A DNA stretch of 64,000 bases from Octopus sinensis (Eukaryota): assembly GCF_006345805.1 (NCBI RefSeq), contig NC_043015.1, positions 31,186,001 through 31,250,000 on the forward strand, given 5' to 3'. The position numbers and the translations under genes are program-made. Every line of letters starts with the position of its first letter. Position 1 is the first letter of the stretch. Below, piece after piece: positions 12,422-25,099 of this stretch. The notes beneath the pieces are model-generated. The model was given only the letters and a program-made list of their open reading frames with translations, was not told the DNA's origin and ran no database searches.

Positions 12422-12867
12422 TATTTCTTTACTGCCCACAAGGGGCTAAACACAGAGGGGACAAACAAGGACCGATAGAGGTATTAAGTCGATTACATCG
12501 ACCCCAGTGCGTAACTGGTACTTAATCTATCGACCCCCGAAAGGATGAAAGGCAAAGTCGACCTCGGCGGAATTTGAACTCAGAATGTAGCGGAAGACGA
12601 AATACCACTAAGCATTTCGCCCAGCATGCTATTGTTTCTGCCAGCCCACCGCCTTCAAAAAGTCTAGTAATTATTCTATTAGTCTCTGAACCACCAAGTT
12701 ACAGGAATGTAAACAAACCAACACCAGTTGCACGCGCATGCACACACACACGAAAGGATGAAAGGCAAAGTCGACCTCGGCAGAATTTGAACTCAGAACG
12801 TAACAGTAGACGAAATACGGCTACGCATTTTGCCCGGCGTGCTAACGTTTCTGCCAGCTCGCCGCCA
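12422..12867 (-). mobile_element. Composite SINE insertion (full family B + family A piece + family B 5' half) with a 20-bp TSD
   Basis: GGAGAGAATTAGTCTATACC at 12402-12421 and 12868-12887. Confidence 0.8.
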
Positions 12868-13444
12868 GGAGAGAATTAGTCTATACCATTGACACCAATA
12901 CTTAGACTAACCAAAAAGAAAGGACAAAAAGCAAAGCTGACATCGGCGATATTTGAATTCAAAGCGTAAAGATCTGACACGAGTGCTGCATCGTATATTT
13001 CCTGGCATTCTAATGATTCTGAGCCACCTTAAATAATAAATGGTTTCCAATTTAAGCCCAGGGCCAACAAATTTGCAGGGAAGGAATCAGTTGATACCCT
13101 TGAGGCCTGTACTCGACTTGTACTTTATCACATCAACTCTGGCTTATTGAAAGGCAAAATTAACCTTCACAGGATTCCAACTCAGAATGCAAGGCACTTC
13201 AACAAATACTGGGATACATTGTAACCAGCACCAACAATTCTTTCAAACTTTGTAATTGCTTCAAATTAAGGGATAAGGCTAGCAAGTTTTTTGAAGGGAG
13301 AAGGGTAGTCATTGGCATTAGTCTCAGGACCTGATTGGAACAAAGTTAACCTCAGCAGGATTCGAAATGAAACTGTAAAAGAGTTGCAGCAAATACTGCA
13401 AAGTACTCTTTCCAACACAATAACAATTCTGCCAATCCTCCAAT

Positions 13445-13472
13445 GATGATGGTGATGATGATGAGGATGAGG

Positions 13473-13523
<51 letters not shown>

Positions 13524-13850
13524 GTAACAATAATAATAATAATGATAATGATAATGATGATAATAATAATAATAATAATATAGGAAATAATACAACAATT
13601 ATATTGAAATGAATGAATGACTGGAAAGGGGATAAAGAATAAAAATAGGGAAAGGAAGAGAAGAGAAAGAAGAGGAGAAAAGGGGAGAGGAATGGAGAAA
13701 GAGATGAGAGAAAGTGGAGAAGATAGAAAGAAGGGAGAAAATAAGAGGGAGGGAAAAGAAGAAAATGAGAGATGAGAGAGAGGGAGAAAGAGAAAAAAGG
13801 AAGATAAAGAAAGTGAGGTGGAAAGAGAGAAAAATGAGAGAGGAAAAAGT
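13445..13850. repeat. (AAT)n microsatellite followed by a purine-rich low-complexity tract
   Basis: Direct reading. Confidence 0.93.
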
Positions 13851-14633
13851 GAGTCAACTTGTGCAATTAAGCAAATTAGTTACTCTCCACCCCTTTCTCT
13901 AATAACTCCTGCAGCTTCCTACACGTTTCTGTTTTTATCCACCCCACCCATGTCTCTACTCTATGAACCAACACGCTCGCTCCTTTCCTCACCCAAACTG
14001 TCGGCTCCAACGTCAAGTCAAAGCAAATATGTCACTAGTGCATGCTGCCCTCTATTAAAGCCAAGCCATCTGCTGGGCATCTGCACCCCTGTTGTGCACT
14101 TGCCTGCCTTAGAGCCGAGACTTGCTTTCCTTGGCTTCATTAAGAACATCATCCTTCACAACTTCTGCTTTCTGCAACCGGATCCCATAACCATTTCAGT
14201 CTTACCTGAACCTCCTCTCTCTCTCTTCCTTTAAGATGAGTCAAGACGGAGTTCCTTTCACCCCTGTGCTATTCATCAGGGAAAATATATCTACTCTTAC
14301 CTTGATACCCTACTCATCTCCTTATCTTCCCAATCATACCAAGTCCACTGTCAATGCAATCAAAAAACTCTGGCTGCATTTTCTCCAACCTAATAACTGT
14401 ATAGCATGCAAATTCTACAGTGTAAAGATGGACGAAATACTACTAAGCATTTTGCCCAGCATGCCAACAATTCTACCGGCTCACTGCCTTAGAATATAAT
14501 ATCAAGTACAGACAATGCAACCAGCATAGTGAAAAAGTTGACCACAATGTTTCTGGCTGCCCAGGCCTTGCAAAGTCCAGATATATACACAGTCATCGTT
14601 AAGTCGGCAGCTATGGTCACTGAGCAATATACC

Positions 14634-14844
14634 TGGGTTACGATAATGAAGGAGGACCTCTCCGTGCTCACGGGACCGCAGGTGGTTGGCCTGCGTCAAT
14701 GGAACCGTGACTGGCTCGCTATCTCCAGTGAACTGGCACAGGACCGTCGTGCGTGGGCAGCCATGGTTCGAGATGCCTCAAGGGTAGTAGAAGAAGCCGA
14801 TTCAACCCGCCCAGGGTGAATGTCGCCACAAGTACAAGTAAATA
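14634..14844 (+). mobile_element. RTE-type LINE 3' end with (CAAGTA)n tail and 9-bp TSD
   Basis: WVTIMKEDLSVLTGPQVVGLRQWNRDWLAISSELAQDRRAWAAMVRDA..STRPG*. TSD CAATATACC at 14625-14633 and 14845-14853. Confidence 0.8.
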
Positions 14845-14950
14845 CAATATACCAACAGGCAAGTGATACAAAATGATACGTTGCTATTTGTGGGGTGATT
14901 TCCAGGAACAATACCCAGACAGTCTACAAATCTAGAACCTGTTACTTTAA

Positions 14951-15173
14951 CCCTTTTTGTTACCAACCTGGCTGAAACCGGCTCTGGCTCTTTAGTACAA
15001 ATGTCTTGTTTTCATAAGTTTTGAATTAAAATCTTCCACCAAACCTTAGTCACAATTTATGTTCCTAACACTAGCTTAATGATAACTAAGTTATTTTACT
15101 AAATTCTTTGTTATATTTAAAATTGATTGAAAGAAACACAGAACATCTCAAAATAAATACAGTAACGAACGGG
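14951..15173. mobile_element. piggyBac-like MITE
   Basis: TTAA|CCCTTTTTGTTAC ... GTAACGAACGGG|TTAA. An inverted copy lies at 23611-23830. Confidence 0.85.
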
Positions 15174-15801
15174 TTAATATAGCCAGCCACTTGATTGACC
15201 ACCTCTCAATCTGGGTGTTCTCCATCACTATGAATCAGAGGAGACTTGTAAAACACAAGATAAAGTGCTTCATCTTCAACCTCGAAATAACTTCTCTGCA
15301 AGGTAACAATATACGCCCCAAACTTCCCAAGATTCCATCTTCCATTTCGTCCCTCTTCCCAAATTCACCTCCAGTGTCCTCTGCTCTGCTTCTTCTTTCA
15401 AGATTGTACTTGATCGATTTTATTGTGTAAACGTGTTTGGTGTGTAGGTGTATCTGTATGAAAGGGTACACTCTCAAATACTTGCCTATGTGTTTGTACA
15501 ACTGCTTGCATGCTCCCTCCGACACTCGCTCTCTCTCAATGAAGGTGTTACTTAAAATAACCGGTCACTTTGAAAAATCACTCAGTTGCAAAATTTGTGA
15601 TAAAATTACAAAACTACTTTGACCTGTTCAATGCACGACATTCTTGATGTTTAACCTCCCACCCCACCCCGCCGCTGCCATGAACTCTGACCCAGCACAC
15701 CTACAATCAGAGAAATTCTATCACATCATATCTTTCATTCACACAGTATATCTTAAAATACATTATTTAACATATTTAACATTATTTAACATATTTAACA
15801 T

Positions 15802-16218
15802 AGGTGCAGGAGTGGCTGTGTGGTAAGTAGCTTGCTAACCAACCACATGGTTCCGGGTTCAGTCCCACTGCGTGGCATCTTGGGCAAGTGTCTTCTGCTA
15901 TAGCCCCGGGCCGACCAATGCCTTGTGAGTGGATTTGGTAGACGGAAACTGAAAGAAGCCCGTCATATATATGTATATATATATATGTGTGTGTGTGTGT
16001 ATTTGTGTGTCTGTGTTTGTCCCCCTATCATTGCTTGACAACCGCTGATGCTCGTGTGTTTACGTCCCCGTCACTTAGCGGTTCGGCAAAAAGAGACCGA
16101 TAGAATAAGTACTGGGCTTACAAAGAATAAGTCCCGCGGTCGAGTTGCTCGACTAAAGGCGGTGCTCCAGCATGGCCACAGTCAAATGACTGAAACAAGT
16201 AAAAGAGTATAAGAGTAT
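15802..16218 (+). mobile_element. SINE family A, full length, young
   Basis: Close to the family consensus across head, core and tail. Confidence 0.9.
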
Positions 16219-16955
16219 GTCCTTCTGAGAGAGATTTGGTTGTCATTTTTAACTGGTCAAGCACGAATAAAGAAACTTCCCTATTATTCAACGTAAAGAA
16301 GACAATTATATTATAGACACAATAGCTTGGTTAATCAGCAGTGCATGGGTGAACCACTAGCCTTGAGCCCTCAACTCATCAGGAGATAGGAGTTCAAATC
16401 AGAGGGGTGCCATCATATCAGATGGGTTGTCTTGAATATCGAACCTGGTGTAGACCATTCCTCTTTAAGTTAGACAATAATTTTTTTCCAGAGAGAGAGA
16501 GAGAGAAACAGAGAGAAGAAATACTGGAGAAGAAATATTGACCGAGATCAGCGGTTATTTAGCGCTAGGTCAGTCCTGACCCAGCAGACCTATTATCAAA
16601 GATATTCCAGCCACGATCATCCTATGTCTGAGGACTACATTCTCTAATGTGAATTTCCAATTTTGCAAATAATATGAAGTGATTTGAGATTTCGTTGCTA
16701 TTTCTAGCATGAAAAGTGACCACATGAATGCTTCCTATTTAGCTTGTGATGTGATGAGCCTCACTATAGTGACAGGATAGATACGATAAGATTAAGGGGC
16801 AGGGGGGGGGGGAAGCTGTCACTATGTAACTTGATCTCAACAGATATAGAGATCACAAGGAGATTTACCATCAACAAAAGTTGACTGAATTAATCTTAAT
16901 TCATGACTGGTACTTACTGCAACAATCTATTTTAGATTAATGAAATAAATGTCTG

Positions 16956-16957
<2 letters not shown>

Positions 16958-17019
<62 letters not shown>

Positions 17020-17055
17020 CCTCTCCTCTCTCTCTCTCTCTCTCTCTCCCTCTCT
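16958..17055. repeat. (TC)n microsatellite
   Basis: Direct reading. Confidence 0.97.
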
Positions 17056-17174
17056 TCATCTTATATCAACTCCATTTCCTCATAACGTTAACTCTTTCCT
17101 GGAACTTAGTTTGGTTATACAATAAGTGATTACAAGTTGCATATGGGAAAAAAAAAGAAAAAGGAAATAGTACA

Positions 17175-17566
17175 AGGCACAGGAGTGGCTTTGTGGTAAG
17201 TAGCTTGCTTACCAACCACATGGTTCTGGGTTCAGTCCCACTGCATGGCATTCCCACCTTGGGCAAGTGTCTTCTACTATAGCCTCGGGCCTACCAAAGC
17301 CTTGTGAGTGGATTTGGTAGATGAAAACTGAAAGAAGCCCGTCGTGTATACTTATATCTATATATATATGTGTATGTTTGTGTGTCTGTGTCTGTCCCCC
17401 AACATCACTTGACAACTGATGCTGGTGTGTTTACGTCCCTGTAACCTAGCGGTTCGGCAAAAGAGATCGATAGAATAAGTACTGGGCTTACAAAGAATAA
17501 GTCCTGGGGTCGATTTCCAGCATGGCCACAGTCAAATGACTGAAACAAGTAAAAGAGTAAAAGAGA
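17175..17566 (+). mobile_element. SINE family A, near full length
   Basis: As above. Followed by an older copy (17590-18205) that is interrupted by a family C element. Confidence 0.88.
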
Positions 17567-17925
17567 AAAACTTTAATATTTACTAACAAATGAAAGCTAG
17601 CCATGTAGTAAAGAAGCTTGCCTTGCAATCACATGGTTTTGAGTTCAATCCTACAGCATGGCACTTTAGACAAGTGTCTTCAACTATAACCCCAGGTCAA
17701 CCAATGCGTTGTGAGGAAATTTGGTAAACAGAAACTGTGTGGAGGCTCATCATTTATGTGTATGTGAGCATGCATGCATGTTTGCATATGTGTGTATGTG
17801 TGCATATGTGTATTTGTGCAGGTGTCTTTGTGTTTGTTCCTACCACCGCTTGACAACTGGTGTTGGTTTATTTATGTCCCTGCAACTTAGTGGTTAGGTA
17901 AAAGGACCAATAGAATAAGTACCAA

Positions 17926-18109
17926 GGTGGCACGTAAAAGCACCCACTACACTCCTGGAGTGGTTGGCATTAGGAAGGGCATCCAGCTGTAGAAACTCTG
18001 CCGGATCAAGATTTAAGCCTGGTGCAGCCATCTGGTTCGCCAGCCCTCAGTCATTCGTCCAACCCATGCTAGCATGGAAAGCGGACGTTAAACGATGATG
18101 ATGATGATG
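17926..18109 (+). mobile_element. Family C element nested in a family A SINE
   Basis: Family A tail is broken at AGAATAAGTACC and resumes at 18110. Confidence 0.82.
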
Positions 18110-18438
18110 TTAAAAAATATATACTGGGGTCAATTTGCTCGACTAAACCTTTGACGGTTGTGTCCCTGCATGACAGGAGATCAATGACTGAAACAAGTAA
18201 AAGATAGGGAAATAGAAGCGGGATGGACGGGAGGAGCAGTGAACACAAGGTAGTATTAATTTCAGTATTCAGTTACAGTCCTTTACAGCCTTTCTAAGTT
18301 CATATCCCACCAAGGTTAACTTCAGGTTTTTTGGTTTTTATTTGTCTAGAGAATGAGGAGCAGTAAATAAACTATGGAACAGTATTTTATACTAGGCTGA
18401 TACAATTGACTAAATTGACTTATACTCACCCCCAGGCT

Positions 18439-18652
18439 AAAAAAAAAAAAAGTAAAGAAGAAGAAGAAGAAGAAGAAGAAGAAGAAGAAGAAGAACAAGA
18501 AGAACAAGAAGAAAAGAAGAAAGAAAGAAAGAAAGAAAAGAAGAGAAGAAGAAGAAGAAGAAGAAGAAAGAAGAAGAAGAAGAAGAAGAAGAAAGAAAGA
18601 AAGAAAGAAAGAAAAGAAAGAAAGAAAGAAAGAAAAGAAGAAGAAGAAGAAA
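18439..18652. repeat. A-run plus (GAA)n/(GAAA)n polypurine tract
   Basis: Direct reading. Confidence 0.97.
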
Positions 18653-19306
18653 CGTGTGGTAAACGTTTGAACTCAACCTTTGCAAATAAAGTTCAAATCT
18701 GAATGCAGCAAGGTAGATAACTCTGATTGCTCCAATTTAAACGAGAGAGAATAAACTTTCTCTCCAAGCAAAAATTATTCCATTTAATCAAGCATAAAGC
18801 AAGGAAAAAAAATTTAATAAAGACCAAGGTCATATCAGATGACCTTTCTTTGTTATGAAAATATATGCATGCATGCACACGCACACAGGTAAAAAAAAAA
18901 CAAAAAAAAACAATATTATATTTTCACAATTTAAAAAAAAAAACTGAACATTTGCATTCTAAAACTGGGGTTCACAAATTTTAAAAAAAAATACAAGCTC
19001 TCCCTTCAGCAAAATTTGCTGCCATGCACCCTCTTTGGTTAATTCAGAAGACAAAACAGAGTTGGCATCCAACATTTTTCTTTTCTTCTTTCTACATCAG
19101 TGGTATTGGACAAGATTAAAAAGTTTAAACTATCTCCATGAGCGTGGGGCCTCTTTGGGCATGGGACCTGATTGGGAGTAATTGGTCCAATTGGCTTAAG
19201 GCCACCCCTGCTACCACAGTAGACCTGGCTTTTGTTCTTTCAGAATTGAAATAATAAAGTCCCAGTCCAGAGCAATAAACTGGCAAAATTGTCAGATCAT
19301 CAGAGG

Positions 19307-19880
19307 ATAATAATATAATAATAATGAAATTATTGTATACAGTGCTCAGGTGCACCACAACTTGTCAGAAAGTGCGTATAGAGTATATGCAGTAATGTAC
19401 AAATGTCTGGAAAGCAAACAGTGAATGAGTCAGATACATGCTTGCGTGTGTATGGAGGGGAGGAGAAGATCAGGTGTAGTGTTGGCGAATCTCAGGAAGC
19501 ATGGAAGTTTTGAAGGATGCAGTGCTCCAACAACTAACAAGTGATGCCGACAGTTTGTTCCACGCTTCAGCAACTCTCAACGTGAAAAAATGTTTCCAGA
19601 AGTCATGGGAGCTGTGCTGCTTTCTGACTTTGTAAATATGTCCACGGGTGTTAGACAGGTGGAGTTTGAAAAGGTGCTCAGAGTTATTGCTTGTAAGATG
19701 GTTGATAATTTTATGGGTGTCTTCCAAGTCAGCTGCCAGACGTCGGAGTTTCAATGTGTCCATGACAAGTCTTTACATTTTGAGTTCTACAGTGGCAAAC
19801 TTCATCCAGTTTGCACCATAACCAAGTCCTTGGGTGCCTTTAGCAAACTTTTCCTCTGTTGCAAGCATCTAGATTACATT
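19307..19880 (-). mobile_element. CR1-like LINE 3' end
   Basis: MDTLKLRRLAADL..NTRGHIYKVRKQHSSHDFWKHFFTLRVAEAWNKLSASLVSCWSTASFK (the TRGH..FF..RV..WN.LP motif), with an (ATT)n tail. Confidence 0.85.
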
Positions 19881-20563
19881 TAACTTCCTCCCCACCACAG
19901 ACACCTATTCCCTTTCTGATTAAATAGTGTGTGTGTGTGTGTGAGTGGGGAAGATGATTACAAGTGACAGAAGTTAAAATGGCTAAATTAGATATATCCT
20001 ACCTATCTTCCACCAACAATGATATTCAGTAATGCAGAAAAGGTTAATTACATGCCAAGCTTGTCCTTGGATGCAGTCAGTTTAATTCCTTAGAATATCA
20101 ACAAAACGAGTTATCAAGGGTTCCAATGACAATGAGATGATGATGTAATCAAATTCTATGTAAGAGTAATTTGCTTAAATTTTCAGTAGATTGATAGTGT
20201 TAAACCTTCTGATAACATTCACAAAATGCAACAAGAAAGAACTGCATTTTTTATTTGCCTTCAACAAGTCAACAACGGTTTCTCCTGTCCTCGTAAACCG
20301 TTCTTCAGAATGTGTTCAAATGAATTTTTCCACCGTCTCGGCTTAAAAAAGCTCTTCTTGTTTGTTTCTCCTTGTCCTGTCTTTTAGTGTTTTTATCTTT
20401 ATTTGTACTGTTTTTTTTCTTTATTTGTATTGCTTTTACTGTCCTGTTCTTGTCACCTATTTTTACCCCTCTGCAAAAAAAATTTTATTTAATTCGCTTT
20501 GCAGGAAGGACTGTTTCAATGTAGTCGTGTTCTGCCCTTACCTTCAAAACACGCAATAAATTA

Positions 20564-20744
20564 AGTTAATTTTTTGGCTCAAAAAGCAAAAAGCAAGGCC
20601 ATGTAGGGGGACATGGAGTTATGTACAGGGAGGGTGTTCATGCAAAGAGTTCAGGTCATTTCTGGTCAAGAGAGACTTTGAACCGAGCGGTCGTCGGCAT
20701 CTTCACTATCTCATCTGGCAGCTTATTCCACGGATCCACAACCC
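20564..20744 (-). mobile_element. CR1-like LINE 3' end (same family as 6226-6463)
   Basis: Near-identical sequence to 6245-6410, inserted in an unclassified repeat. Confidence 0.85.
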
Positions 20745-21003
20745 AAGTCGAAAGAGGGGCAGCTGAAGAAGGGGAATGTTCCCTGTGTTGTATGTCTTGT
20801 ACTCTGTTTTTTCGTTGTTTCAAAAAGTCCGTTTCCTTGTTTTGTTTTTATGTTTTCATTTCTTGTTGTGTTCTACGTTTTTTGTGGTGTCCTGTACCCA
20901 TATATGCATGTATATATACATATAGATGTAGGTATGTACATATATGTATGTTTGTATGCATATGTTTTATTTATCAAATTGTTATTATATATATATATGT
21001 TGC

Positions 21004-21343
21004 TATATTTCAGGATGGTTGCTTTTTTTCCCCTCCCCTCGCCAAATAAACAGACACACTATATATTCGTTCTTCACTCATTCATTATTGTTCTTATTTC
21101 AATTTATGTCCATTGTCTGGAAATCGTTCGCTAGACATTTGTGACCTCATCAGCAACTCTTCCAGCCATGTGTATCCCCCTGCTCTTTTTAGTCTAAGAT
21201 GAAAGATTTCCAGACAAAATGGGACATAAGATAAAAAATAAGAGGAGATGATGATGAATAAATGAATGAAAAACGGATATATATATAGTGTGTGTGTTTA
21301 TATTCGGCAAGAAAAAAACAAAAGATGACCATCCTGAAATATA
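21004..21343. repeat. Second fold-back repeat (diverged 120-140-bp arms) with a hammerhead-like core in the spacer
   Basis: TATATTTCAGGATGG...TGTCTGGAAATC / GATTTCCAGACA...CCATCCTGAAATATA. A single-arm homologue lies at 61315-61500. Confidence 0.7.
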
Positions 21344-21401
21344 AGAATATCAGTTTTAACACACCATTTCACATCAGGAATCTTACAAAGCAAATTCATA
21401 A

Positions 21402-21448
<47 letters not shown>

Positions 21449-21973
21449 ATAAAGATAAATTTACCACACACACAAACACACATTTACATACATCAGAGAG
21501 GCAAGTTCAATGCTAAAGCTTGGTTTTATTGATGATACAGTTACCGGATTGAATTACCTTAAATCAGAATATATATTTCACAAACAATGACCCTTTTGTA
21601 TCTAAAGAGATTAAATCTGTTAAGTTTTGGAAGGACATCTTAAATGACATCCTGTTTCCTTTCTTTCTTTCTTTCCCTAACCCAACCATGACTGTCATTC
21701 AGGAGTCATTGAAAAAATGATTTTACAAAGTGGGACATACTACACTCTGAAAGTCAAGAAAACTATAATTAATATTTTGTATTTAGAGAATACGTAAAAT
21801 AAATCCCCAAAAATTATTTTCCAAGTGACTCATTGTATTCTAATGTTTTGTTTTGTTTTTATTTTTATTCTTTTACATTGATGTGGCTGGATGGAACCTT
21901 GGGCAAGTATCTTCTACTATAGTCGTGGGCTGACCAAAGCCTTTTAAGCAGATTTGGTAAATGGAAACTGAAA

Positions 21974-22006
<33 letters not shown>

Positions 22007-22399
22007 GTATGCGCACACACGCGTACATGTAGCATCTCCTCTCCTTGACATCACATGATAGTCGTAAGCAAGTGTCGCTGTCATGAAAGCGGTGTCCTTC
22101 ATTTCCAATCTTTTGAGACACATCTGGCCATGGGGAAATATTACCTTACTTGGAAACAAGGAGAGGATTAGTGATAGCAAGGGCATCCAGCCATAGAAAA
22201 TCCACCTCAACAAATTCCATACAATCCATGCAAGCATGGAAAAGTGTACATTAAATGATGATGAGGATGATACAAGCCAGTAAACATTAAATCTCTTGTC
22301 TATGGAGATAATCCAATGCCAATGATAGAATATAAACTGGTACCATATTACCCTGATCAGTTCTATTCTACTCTGTCTAATTGATGCTTATATCTCATT

Positions 22400-22593
22400 T
22401 GGCTGGGCCCCCGTGCCGGTGGCACGTAAAAAGCACCCACTACACTCTCGGAGTGGTTGGCGTTAGGAAGGGCATCCACTGTAGAAACACTGCCAAATCA
22501 AGATTGGAGCCAGGTGCAACCATCTGGTTCGCCAGCCCTGTCAAAATCGTCCAACACATGCTAGCATGGAAAGCGGATGTTAAATGATGATGA
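22400..22593 (+). mobile_element. Family C element
   Basis: Consensus 3' part. Confidence 0.82.
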
Positions 22594-22942
22594 AAAAGAA
22601 TGTCTGTAATCTTGACTGGATTATAATTGAATGTGAAGCAGAAATCAACCAGAAAGGTTGCAATCACGATCCATCAGTTGTAAGCTAATATGGCATCTAC
22701 AAAGAGGCTTCAACTAAAAAGATATTTTACATCTTCATTGTTTTAACATCCATTTTTCCACACTTGCATGAGTTAGGCAATAACTTTGGTGACACAGATA
22801 TTTCTATGGCTGGGATGTCCTCCGTATCACCAACCCTCACCAGTTTCCAAGACAAGGTAACATACATCCAAGTCTAATCAACAACAATCATCCCAGACAG
22901 GCTTTTGCTGAGGATTGCAAACAAATGACATCGTTTGTTAGA

Positions 22943-23133
22943 ATCATCATCATCATCATCGTTTAGCGTCCGCTTTCCATGCTAGCATGGGTTGGACGGT
23001 TCGACCAGGGTCTGGGAAGCCAGTAGGCTGCGCCAGGCTCCAATCTGATCTGGCAATGTTTCTACGGCTGGATGCCCTTCCTAACGCCAAGCACTCCAAG
23101 AGTGTAGTGGGTGCTTTTTACGTGCCACCGGCA
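22943..23133 (-). mobile_element. Family C element
   Basis: Reverse complement of the consensus, about 350 bp from the plus-strand copy. Confidence 0.85.
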
Positions 23134-23226
23134 GATGGTAACTCTTTATTTCAAATCAGTATACAAAAACCATGAGAAAAGGAATACATACACACCCATA
23201 TACACACAATCAAACACACACGCACG

Positions 23227-23268
<42 letters not shown>

Positions 23269-23610
23269 TACATATGACAGACTTCTTCCAGTCTCTATCT
23301 AGTGGAATTCGCTCACTATACTCAAGAATTTATCAGCCCTCAACTATGGTCGATGGCCCCAGGCCAACAGTGTCCGCACAGCAGGAGCAAACCTTCAACT
23401 CTGATGTAGTTATGAATCAAACTTGTTAACCACACAGCCAAGCCAGCACCTTAGCAAAATAACTAAATAAATATATGGCAATGTCCAGAATCTGAGGAAA
23501 CTATTGGCAGACTGTGTCAGCGAAAATTATTGCAAATCAAAGTTCGTAGAAGAGCTCGGTGAGATGATTTACCACAAAGATTGAAAGAATCTAACATTTC
23601 AAGTACTTAA

Positions 23611-23830
23611 CCCTTTTGTTACTGAATTTATTTTGAGATGCTCTGTGTTTCTTTCAATTACTTTAAATATAACAAAGAATTTAGTAAAATAACTTGGTTA
23701 TCATTCAGTTAGTGTTAGGAAAATAAATTGTGACTAAGGTTTGGTGGAAGATTTTAATTCAAAACTTATGAAAATGAGACATTTGTACTCAGAACCAGAG
23801 GCGGTTTCAGCCGGGTTGGTAACGAAAGGG
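23611..23830. mobile_element. piggyBac-like MITE (same family as 14951-15173, opposite orientation)
   Basis: TTAA|CCCTTTTGTTAC ... GTAACGAAAGGG|TTAA. The internal sequence is the reverse complement of the first copy. Confidence 0.88.
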
Positions 23831-24477
23831 TTAATGTTCTTCTGGGAGAGTGATACGGGAAGTAGAATATATATAGAAGTGTTGTCACCTTGGTTGAAAT
23901 ATTATGAATGGAAAACTGAATAACATACAGGAGTGATGAGAGGAATGAAGAGGAGGAAGCTAGTGAGATGTAGTTTCAATAGTGAGGTGTTTGGTAAAGA
24001 CAAATGGATAGATAGTAAGGTTAATCTGTAAAATCTGTAACAAGATCTAAGTTAATTGAAATAGGAAGGAGATGGTGTGGGCCAGGTAAAGTGAAGTGGG
24101 AGATATGTGAGAAGACAGAACATGTAGAAGAGAAGAGCAAAAGACACACACACACACACACACAATAATTCAAATACATAACACACAAACACATAAACAA
24201 AATGGGATGAACAAAGATGGAGAAAGGAATGGCAGGAGCTTCATAAATATATATTTGTACTGAAGTATCTCACTTTCTTCAAAGTATTGCATAACATTTA
24301 ATTACTATAAAATCTACACCATTTGATAATTAATTCCAGATGTGCACACATGCACGTAAATGTGTGTAGACCAATGCAGAACTTGACTAGAAACCAGGTG
24401 TGGTTCTGACTGTATGAGGCCCCAAAAACTCAAAACCACGAATCTTTGGTTGTTACATATACATAATACTAATCAGA

Positions 24478-24845
24478 TAGGATCTTTTTGGTTTGAATGG
24501 CAGTTTTTTCTAGCAATGTCATATGAAATTGTCACCCATAATTATGACCCTAGTATCAATCTATTGCATTTCAATCTATTTTAGGGTTAGGGGTGGGTGG
24601 GAAGGGTATCTTTTTTCTTCACAAATGTAAATAAACCCAATCTGTTTCTTAAACAAGGGATATATTCATACGGCACATAATGTTGTTTACCTCAATAGAC
24701 GTCAGTGATTGGTTGAAATTGCAGAAATTGAAGAAAAAAAAACAACAAATATCTTACAAACTATAGAATTTTCTCAATAAAGTCAAGAGAAAAAGATGTT
24801 TTATAAACACATTCTACCAGTATACGATGTTTAAAAGTGTGTCTG
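24478..24845. repeat. Unclassified interspersed repeat (Helitron/Helentron-like features)
   Basis: Contains TTTTAGGGTTAGGGG and abrupt composition boundaries. The classification is weak and from recall. Confidence 0.35.
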
Positions 24846-25040
24846 GGATAGATTCCAAGAAACCTCTAAAGAGTATTGGATCCCTTCTTTATCTCAAGAT
24901 ACAGTTTAATGTCATCTGCATATATCAACACAGTAACATGATTCAATCTGGCATCTATTTCATTAATGTATACAATAAATAACAAAGGACCAAGAACAGA
25001 TCCTTGCAGGACACCAGATATCGTTGCGTAGGGTGTAGAA
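24845..25040 (-). mobile_element. CR1/L2-type reverse transcriptase fragment
   Basis: ISGVLQGSVLGPLLFIVYINEIDARLNHVTVLIYADDIKLY, containing the QGS.LGP and YADD motifs. Confidence 0.88.
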
Positions 25041-25099
25041 TGTTTTCATACTGCAAGTACCCTTTTTTCAATTAAGATTGAAGAACTCCAACCAGAGAG

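Noticed and set aside
15802-15870. tRNA-like heads with A/B boxes (also 39123, 46602, 60050-60119)
   Set aside because: No complete cloverleaf or acceptor stem, and each continues into SINE body sequence.
18430-18436. Possible 7-nt exon (ttttAG|CCTGGGG|GTGAGT) after a long pyrimidine tract
   Set aside because: It is frame-breaking, and the tract is a simple repeat, so chance is likely. A poison micro-exon cannot be excluded without RNA data.
20758-20795. Plus-strand CTGAAGA followed by a hairpin (hammerhead-like)
   Set aside because: No GAAA follows the stem, so the catalytic core is incomplete.
24580-24602. TTAGGGTTAGGGG telomere-like motif
   Set aside because: Only two units, inside an interspersed repeat. 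It is not an interstitial telomere array.
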